NCBI GenBank assembly: GCA_010015585.1
Contig: ML975159.1
Length of the DNA stretch: 64,000 bases
Strand: one strand, 5' to 3'
Source: Eremomyces bilateralis CBS 781.70
Taxonomy: Eukaryota
The notes beneath the pieces were generated by a model that made no database searches, was not told the DNA's origin, and saw only the letters and a list, made by a program, of their open reading frames with translations. The position numbers and the translations under genes are program-made. Positions 56,475-64,000 of this stretch are shown here, one piece after another (position 1 is the stretch's first letter; every line of letters begins with the position of its first letter).

Positions 56475-57824
56475 TCACTCCCGGTCGCCTCCCAAAAACC
56501 CATTTCCTAACCCTTGGATGTTGGGTAATGGCAATTTCCTCTGACTGCCTTCCGATCGCCCGATGATCTCGCTGATCGACATGCCTATGGTGCCACTTTC
56601 CCGCGGCACGTATGGACTCGGACCCTCGGCGTTCGGCTCCAGCGGTGCTAGCGCAGGCGGCGGCATCATCGCGGGTTGTCCGAGGCTGTTGAATCCGGGG
56701 ATCAAGTGGTCTCGATTGAACGCCGGCTGCGATGGAGACGTGCTGCTCGGATGGAGGTGCGAAGGATTAGACCCGGGAGGATGTTGGTGCTGGAGGGAGA
56801 GGTGGCGGATGGTCGGCAGTGTGAGCGCTTCGTTCGGAGGGAAGTTGTAGTGGTAGTTTGGACGCAGGCGGGGTGAGTGGGCGGGCGTGGCGAGCGGAGT
56901 GTGGTCGGGGGTCGGAGATGTCGAGGAGTGAGAGAAAGAGGGGGATGGAGGGGCGGTGGAGTAAGGAGACGACGGGCGAGATCGCTTGCTTCGGTGCGCA
57001 TAGGGGTCGAGTGTGGGGAATGGATGGGGATCGTACTCATGCGAGTGCGACCGGGACATCGGCTGTGAGGATGGGGCGGTCGAAGGGTGTTGACTTGAGT
57101 GCGAGCTGTATGCGTACTGTGCAAGAGAGGTCGGACGAGAGGAAGAGGAGAGTGAGTAGAGGGAAGTCGAGCTGGATGGGCCGCTTGAGAGGAAGTTGTA
57201 TGGACGGTTCGAGGCGCTTGACCCTGCATTGGTTCTTCCATCCCGTTCTACTTGCGAAGCAGCAGTTGCAAGCATGTTGATGTCGAGATGTCGTTGCATA
57301 GAATTCGGGCTGTTCCCTTGGCTCTGCGATCCGTGAGGCCGGTTGAGATGGGAGAAGCCAGCGGCATTGGATGCATACGATGCGAAGGAGTGCGGAGGAG
57401 AGACGTCGGGAGATGCGATGTTCGACGGTGGAGCGGAACGAGAGATCGTTTTCGGCGGAGGCGGCATCATGCGTGGGATTCCATTCGCATCCATCCCCGA
57501 GTTTTGAGCCGCGGCAGCGACAGCAGCAGCGGCGGCATGTTGTTTGTTCCCTCTCCGGGAGTTGGGGTTGTTGTGAATTCTCGAGTGACGAGTCAATTCG
57601 TCGGAGCGGGAAAAGCGTTTCAAGCAACCCGGATACTGGCATGCATGAGGTTTTTCGCCGGTATGTGTCCGGATATGACGAGTCTGGTGCTCCAGACGGT
57701 GAAAAGCCTTGTCACACAGGGGACATTTGTATGGTCGAGGTAAATCCTGTCTAGGTTCCTCCATGGTTTGGGACGATTTTGGTTGCAGCATTGAATATAT
57801 CAGACTGATGTTCGATGCTGCCAT
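56475..57824 (-). CDS. creA: Carbon catabolite repressor CreA/Cre1 (two C2H2 fingers); intact ORF from the internal ATG at 57824
   Basis: [67 protein letters not shown], an Ala-rich tract, [56 protein letters not shown], and [20 protein letters not shown]. Confidence 0.97.
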   Translation of the reverse strand: MAASNISLIYSMLQPKSSQTMEEPRQDLPRPYKCPLCDKAFHRLEHQTRHIRTHTGEKPHACQYPGCLKRFSRSDELTRHSRIHNNPNSRRGNKQHAAAAAVAAAAQNSGMDANGIPRMMPPPPKTISRSAPPSNIASPDVSPPHSFASYASNAAGFSHLNRPHGSQSQGNSPNSMQRHLDINMLATAASQVERDGRTNAGSSASNRPYNFLSSGPSSSTSLYSLSSSSRPTSLAQYAYSSHSSQHPSTAPSSQPMSRSHSHEYDPHPFPTLDPYAHRSKRSRPSSPYSTAPPSPSFSHSSTSPTPDHTPLATPAHSPRLRPNYHYNFPPNEALTLPTIRHLSLQHQHPPGSNPSHLHPSSTSPSQPAFNRDHLIPGFNSLGQPAMMPPPALAPLEPNAEGPSPYVPRESGTIGMSISEIIGRSEGSQRKLPLPNIQGLGNGFLGGDRE

Positions 57825-58041
57825 AGGTTGTTGGATGGTGGAGGAGGATGTGGAGGATGGAGATGTAGATGTTGGGGAAGCACTCGGGGGAGAGGCGGAA
57901 ATAATATCCAAAAAACCTCTCGGCACTGGAGCCGGCGATGATGATTCGCGGCCCACGGCTTGCTGGGGTTCGGAAGAGATGGCCGAATGTGGGTTGAGAA
58001 AGATTTCGAAAGGCGGCGGGCAAATTCGATGATGCTTGCAT
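57825..58041 (-). other. creA: Conserved CreA N-terminal segment interrupted by a +1 frameshift (or an overlapping uORF, 58041-57751)
   Basis: tcacATGCAA at 58041 reads [14 protein letters not shown]. Removing one T from the TTT run (57999-58001) continues as [12 protein letters not shown]... into the CreA frame. Confidence 0.65.
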
Positions 58042-58258
58042 GTGAAAAATGAAAGCCACAGAAAGCGTGTTCCTGAGTTTTGACGCTGCCTGGGCCCTGT
58101 GGAGTGCGGACACTGGAGTGTGGTGGCGGAAATGATGTCGGAGCCGGATGTGGGAAAGGTCCGTGTAAACCACCAAGGCCAAGCTGTCCACTTTGTCCAC
58201 TTTCCAGATGATAAGGCGGAAGGGAGTGGTACTCTGTGGTAGAGATATCGACGGCCTG

Positions 58259-58920
58259 CTGGGGAGAAACACTACAGTGGACACGATGGAAAATCCTTTT
58301 CTGGTTTCTGAACAGTGCGAGAACCGACAGGAGAGTGGAATGCGAAAATGGGAGAGGATTGAAAGGGATGTAACGAGAAGAGGGAAATGGAATCGGACGA
58401 AGACGGGGGGGTACAGCAATCAATAAGTAGGACAACGTCAAGGCCGGATGTATGCCGTTCCCCAGGCGCTCCCTCAATCCGATTGTCAGACGAGGCAACT
58501 TTGGCGTACGGAGATTCCGGTGTCAAGTCAATTACCTTCTGGGGCTCCAGAGTCTGGGCAGAGGGAGAGTGGGTGACAACCGACAACTGACAACTGACAA
58601 GCCGCCCACTGTACAGGGCAGGATCAGAGGGTGGGATTGGGGATTGCGGGTGTGCGGGAAAGCTGCTGCCCCCGGCCTGAGGTGGCTATCCGGAAAAAGA
58701 AACCCAGTAATATTAATGGTTTAATACATCATCAAACGATTCTGAGTCGCCGAGGGGGCGAGGCGTTTGGGGTGTGCTGGACGTGCTGGATCTGCTGGAC
58801 TCCCCGCGAACCAGACCTGCGTGGGCAGCAATGAGACAGGGCCAGGGGGGAGACTGGCTGTGAGCCGCGGATCGTAGGCAGGGGACTCGGCTGAGGGGGG
58901 AAAGATGGGGTTTTCCGGGG
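58259..58920. promoter_or_regulatory. creA leader/proximal promoter with several SYGGRG (CreA-type) sites
   Basis: Sites at 58259, 58539, 58545, 58670, 58802 and 58915. AT-rich TATA-like patch at about 58708-58726. Confidence 0.4.
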
Positions 58921-61900
58921 ATTTCTGTTGAATCCAACCAAGGGCATTTAGAAAGGCCGAAATCTTCGGTAAGGGGATCCTCAGTGCATATCGGTACGGA
59001 GCTGACCTGACTTCTTAAGATACATCCGGCTATTTGCTCCTAGCCTCCTACGCTTCCTCCTGGCAAAATGGAACGTGGGGAATGCTGAATGCATCGCTTA
59101 ACCGCCCTGGCGATAGATACCGTTTGCCCCGAAAAGGCCAATTCTGAAGACACTGAACCTCAACTTCCTCAAGACCGCAAGGCTGACTGGACGAAAAGAA
59201 AAGGGATGAAACATTGCTCCTCACTGCTTTTTCCCTGTCGTGGAAGTCACTGGTCTGGGTTTTCCGTTCAATCTCCTGTCGTATCTGGTCGTATCGTATC
59301 TGGTCGTTCTCATTCGATTGCGGAACACTCCATGAAGCAGCGAAGAGTGTCAGACCAATCGTTCGTGCCATCCGGGAACTGCAGGGAGATCCTCTAGGCT
59401 GGAGGAGCGGGATCACCACATACTCGATGGGGGATGAGCTGCAAGGAATGAAGCAATCTAATTAATATTATTCTAAAAGCAGTACCGGATGCAAGGCATC
59501 GTATGTATTAAAGATATCATTTCGCTTCACCGTGATTCGACTGTATAGACCCCCCCCAACCATTCATTATTGCTACATATCACGGCTTGATTCTTGATGA
59601 AGGCAGCATCTGAAGCTCAACAATTCGGTATATTACAGCCAAGCCAAGACTCCTCCGTACTTCCGTCCCCCGTGCCTCACCAGTCTCCCACCGCAAGCGG
59701 CAAGCCACATCAGGCGCCATCAAATATCAACCCAAATGTACGGTGAGATCAGAGATGTGATCCGCCATCCCTGCATTGAGCGGGTTTGTAGAGGCTAGAG
59801 TGGAAGTGGATGGGGATGTGGGGGCGCCACGCCTCATCGCTCCGGTTTAATAAGGGGAACCCGAATTTTCACCCCGATTTTGCTCCGAAGGTGAAAATCC
59901 TCGTCTCTGCTGCGTCAGCATCGCATCCATGTGTCGCCTCACTGGAAGTCGGGTACAGGCCCTCCCGTCGTCGAGATACGTCGGTAGATCCCTAAGTTAG
60001 TCATATCGGTCGAGATATCCTGCAACGCACATCTGTCTGGTGCAGCTCAACGTACAGGTATCTGATATCATGCATCTATTTCCCGGTGATCGACACCTGT
60101 CCTTTAATGTCATCGATAAAGGATGTGTTCTCAGTTTGACAGATTGTCAACCGATTTTCGATCTGATCGCAAAAGCACGCCACATCGACAGGCTCCTCCT
60201 CGGCCTTGGTCTGGTTCCTCATCTTTGGTTCTGAAATCTGAATACATTGACGAGCCAATGCGCTGGATGAGTCTGTCCCACTTTTCCCAGCCAGCCGCAA
60301 CAGCTGTCCATGAATCTGACACCGGGGAAAGCTCTTGGACCGTTGTCCGTTGGAAATGGAGACGGGAACTGGCGTTCGCCGATGGATTCTGTCGCCATAA
60401 GAGGGGCCAGGGTCGCCCGATATGAAGTGTGGTCGTGTGTATGGCGAGACGATGATGTGATTTTCGGGCTGAATTGGTGGTATTTTGCTGTTCCGCGGTT
60501 AGTGATGGCCGATGCGAGACTGAATCGGCCGACTGGGACAAGGGCTATTTGCTCACCCCATCATCCATGGCCTCGATTTTAATCCTTGCTGGTATTCTTT
60601 TGCTGTAGTAAATGATTCAACGGTTTCCATTTCGTGATCCAGCACGTTTCCGATCGCGATTCCTGATGTGAATTATCCACGCTGAACTCCATGATGGGAT
60701 ACCCCAAGCCGTTTGATACTGCCGAAGACATTCCCACAATCGATCCTCCTACATAATCGTCCTACACTGCAGGCTGACTCCCAGATTGTCAGCAGCAACC
60801 GCCGTCCAGGGGTGCATCCAACATCCGGACCAGTACTACCATTCGCAAGGCTGAGCGGCTGATGATGCAGCCAGTAGCAAGTCCGGGGCCCCAGAAGAAT
60901 TCCGTTTTTCGCGCCAGCGCCCGCTACCTACCTTATCTAGATTCTAGACTAGAAATGCGGAGCGCGCAGCGGAAAAAAAGGGCCTGAACCGAAGAATACC
61001 GTTTCCCGTCCGATAAGCGCTTGGTTTGAATTAGCCGGAAACATCCAGGACGGGAATAACCAGCAGCCTAGGGATTATAGATAACGTTTGGTTGCATTTC
61101 TTGCCCTGTACGGAGTACGAGGACCTGGATAGCATGGTCAAATTGGGTGGCAAATTCGAACCGGTACGGCCAAATTCGGTTGCTCACTGGCATGGTTGCA
61201 TTCTGGTTTCAAACAGATTGCTGACCTGGAGTCGACTGGCGATCATTTCGAGAACATCGCTGGGGAATTCCCCGCATTTGTGACTGCCTGAAAACGACAT
61301 CAAACTGAAGTGCAGGTGAACCAGATGCTCATAGCCTCAAACTGGTTGGCAAAGATAAGACGTCCACTGTTGTCTCTCCACCTGATGGTTTATCATATGA
61401 AGACCCCACACGCCCTTACTTGATGTCCTTTCCATTGCCACTCTCTGTCCACACGTCAACAGGTTTGGTCCTCCAGCTGCGGCCTCCGAGCAATGGAGCA
61501 TGCCAATGGCAGTTTCTATATCCAATCCGATTACAATACTGGGTTTTGCTTTCATCAAATCCACGACGGAGTGACTCCTGTCGCGAAGCTGACAGACGTC
61601 TCCACAATCCACCAGGGCTTCCTTTTGAAATTCGTCATAATAGACATGAAGGACGGCCGCTATTCGATAGACCAAAGAGATGTTGATATTTCAATGACCC
61701 AGGCACGGACGAATGGTCCCTAGTCAAATTCCTTGACTATTGTTGATATTAGATGTTGAAAGGGAGAACGGGTTCCCTGATGCGGAGCAATAGGATGTCG
61801 TGTACGGAGTAACAACCGTATTCAGCCGCTGAGTCTACCCGTCTGGTTCCTTCGCTGGGTATTACGAATCATCTCCTTAATTGTCATATCCGTTTTAGTT

Positions 61901-64000
61901 TATAATCTTCAAGTTGCACCTGTCTTCCAGATATGGTGAACCCCTTTCCCCGCACTTTTATCTTAAAGTTTATGTACACCCCGACTTCCCCGAGCCATTG
62001 GTCTTGCACGTGCATGTGCCTTGTCGTGATACCACAAAGTCAAATCCCACCTAATCCTCCCTATCCAACTTCCCTCCAATCTCCGATCGGTGCTCGACGC
62101 TCGTTCTGCGTACTGCCGATGAAGTCCGCTTAAAACAAAGTACCGATCATACCCAGCGAGGCTAACATTCCTTCGCTGTCTGACCCTTCGGACACAGTCC
62201 GATAGGTGGACAGTTACAAAGTTGAACAAGGCAAGACCTGACTGTATTCATGAATGGGGGGGGTGGCGTGGGGGGTCGTTACCCCAACAAATTCCCAACC
62301 CCAGCTCCAAATCTCTCCAGTAGTCACTGGTCACCACAGTCAGCCCAGATTCGGCTGGGCCGGTGGGGAAAGGCAGGCGACCCCCACAAATTCGGGGCAA
62401 GAGCGGGCCTTTCCCCGTGACTAGCAACTAAATCGGACTGGTTGGGCTGTCATGACTGCCTGGGGCATCAATCAGTTTTATACTTTTATCCACGTCGGTT
62501 GGCTTCAGTGTGTCCCATCACTCATTCCCATCAGGATCTTTCTCCTGCAGTGTCCAGTTCTCGTTGAGTCCGATATGTGTTCTTGTCGTCATTGTTACAT
62601 TGGGCACAGCATGATGCGACAGAATTTCGTCGCGGAAACAACCGAATATCACCAAGCATCAGGAAATTAGCAAGCAATAATAGGCCAGGGGTGACTGTCT
62701 GCAACGAGCTAGTCTGGATATCTGCAACAAATCAGCAACTGGATTAGACATGATAGGAAGGTAACACGTCCAACTGGCGAGCATGCTTCCTTCTTACAAC
62801 GACGATGATGACGCTATTTCCGTATGGCGGTAATTGATGGTGTTATACAATCTAACATTTTGGTTGAGGATCCAAACTCCCAATCCATTTGGCTTGCAGA
62901 AGTCTTGCATAAGGGCAAGAACCCACCCTCATCTCCGGATCCCGATATGAGGACATCCAAAACCTGATGTTGAGAATTGAGATGCAGCGCGGGAAAACAC
63001 ATGTCCGATCGCCCCGTTCCGCATCCCCTTTTAGTGTGGAACGCAGTGCAGGGAGGAGTCGTGGGGTATATAGTGCTGACGACTGGAAACGCAGTTGCAT
63101 CGCGATATGGCATCAATGCAATGTGATCAGGTGCTAAACAGATCATTGGAACTATAATGACACCGCAGCTGCGGTTGAGAAATTGTGTCCAATATCTGCA
63201 TCGAAAGGGATGGCCAGCTTGACCATTCCTTAGTCGCGCCGCTCCGTGATAGCTGTTCTGGGGCTTGGGGGTGTGCATAAACTGCATATTCCCGCTGACC
63301 GACACTTTGCTTCTCCAGATTATCGGGTTGCTAACATGGAGTGGCGCAGGGATTACGATTCGATTACGTCCTAATCTGGAGAAACCGTCAGGGCTGGGGA
63401 CGGGATCGGATGGTTATCGAAATTGATCTATCCCGTCACAAGAACTGTGTTCGCGCTGCTCCTTTGCCGCTCTGAACTGGCGTCGCCGATATATCGAAAA
63501 TAGGAGTGATAGGTCTCAAGAGTCAAGAGACTCTCTGCATGTGTAGTGAACGATCAACTTGTAGAATAAGACGGATAACTACCTATTGGCGAGACGGCTT
63601 GGAAAATCATTTCCCGGCTCTAAGCGTATGGCGATCATACAATTCTACTGTGCTATGCCTGTTTAGCAGGCAGCAGTCTAGGGCGCTCCAGAAATAATTC
63701 CCTATTGTTCTCGATCGGAAACTTGTATACGCTCTATTTGGATTTTGGATGATCCTCGACAAGATAACCTGGCATCACAGAGCGGCTAAAGAGTTAGGTT
63801 ACGTCCTCTCTCTGGGGAAAGTGTGGGGTGAGCCAAGATTAAATGGGCTCATGTAGTAATGGCATCTTACCAGATCATCGATGCCTAATGTCTATTCTTA
63901 CGGTACGCAGTATCTACAATCGTGCCGATATTCAACACGTATGAGCACTTTCCACTACCATTCTCTCTTCTCCATTTGCCTATGAGTCGCTCAACCTCAA

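Noticed and set aside
11013..57824. Functional carbon/lipid cluster (farA, promethin-like gene, creA)
   Set aside because: The genes are tens of kb apart with unrelated housekeeping genes between them; co-location is likely incidental.
57800..58498. 232-aa and 222-aa minus-strand ORFs upstream of creA as separate genes
   Set aside because: They begin at non-ATG codons in the ATG-free leader. Only the segment from ATG 58041 is meaningful.
1..64000. Secondary-metabolite cluster, Starship or intact transposon
   Set aside because: No PKS, NRPS, terpene synthase, tyrosine recombinase, transposase, reverse transcriptase, LTRs or long TIRs were seen.

Overview
Gene-rich euchromatic window from a filamentous ascomycete (Pezizomycotina; CreA and intron features are compatible with a Dothideomycete, low confidence). 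Short GT-AG introns with CTAAC/CTGAC branch points are present. I can model 17 protein-coding genes: ATP23, an Aurora/Ipl1 kinase, TIP41, a Nudix hydrolase, the fatty-acid regulator FarA/CTF1-alpha (10 exons), VPS18/PEP3, a ricin-B-lectin-like single-pass membrane protein, two further Zn(II)2Cys6 factors, LEU1, a strongly divergent glutamate-cysteine-ligase-like gene, RPA49, a promethin/LDAF1-like protein, an orphan repeat protein, an atypical protein kinase, a RAD55-like RecA paralogue and creA. I found no convincing tRNA, rRNA, CRISPR array or intact transposon. The most notable observations are: (1) creA's conserved N-terminus is one base out of frame with its zinc-finger ORF; (2) the GCL-like enzyme keeps its metal/ATP motifs but has remodelled substrate-pocket motifs, and sits head-to-head with a C6 factor; (3) the orphan protein combines an eIF4E-binding-like motif, a PAM2-like motif and an N-myristoylation-like start; (4) the lectin-stalk-TM protein has no signal peptide; (5) a perfect palindrome of the FarA binding motif lies inside a farA intron; (6) two Leu3/LeuB-type sites lie upstream of LEU1. 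All family assignments come from motif recognition by eye; no database search was run.
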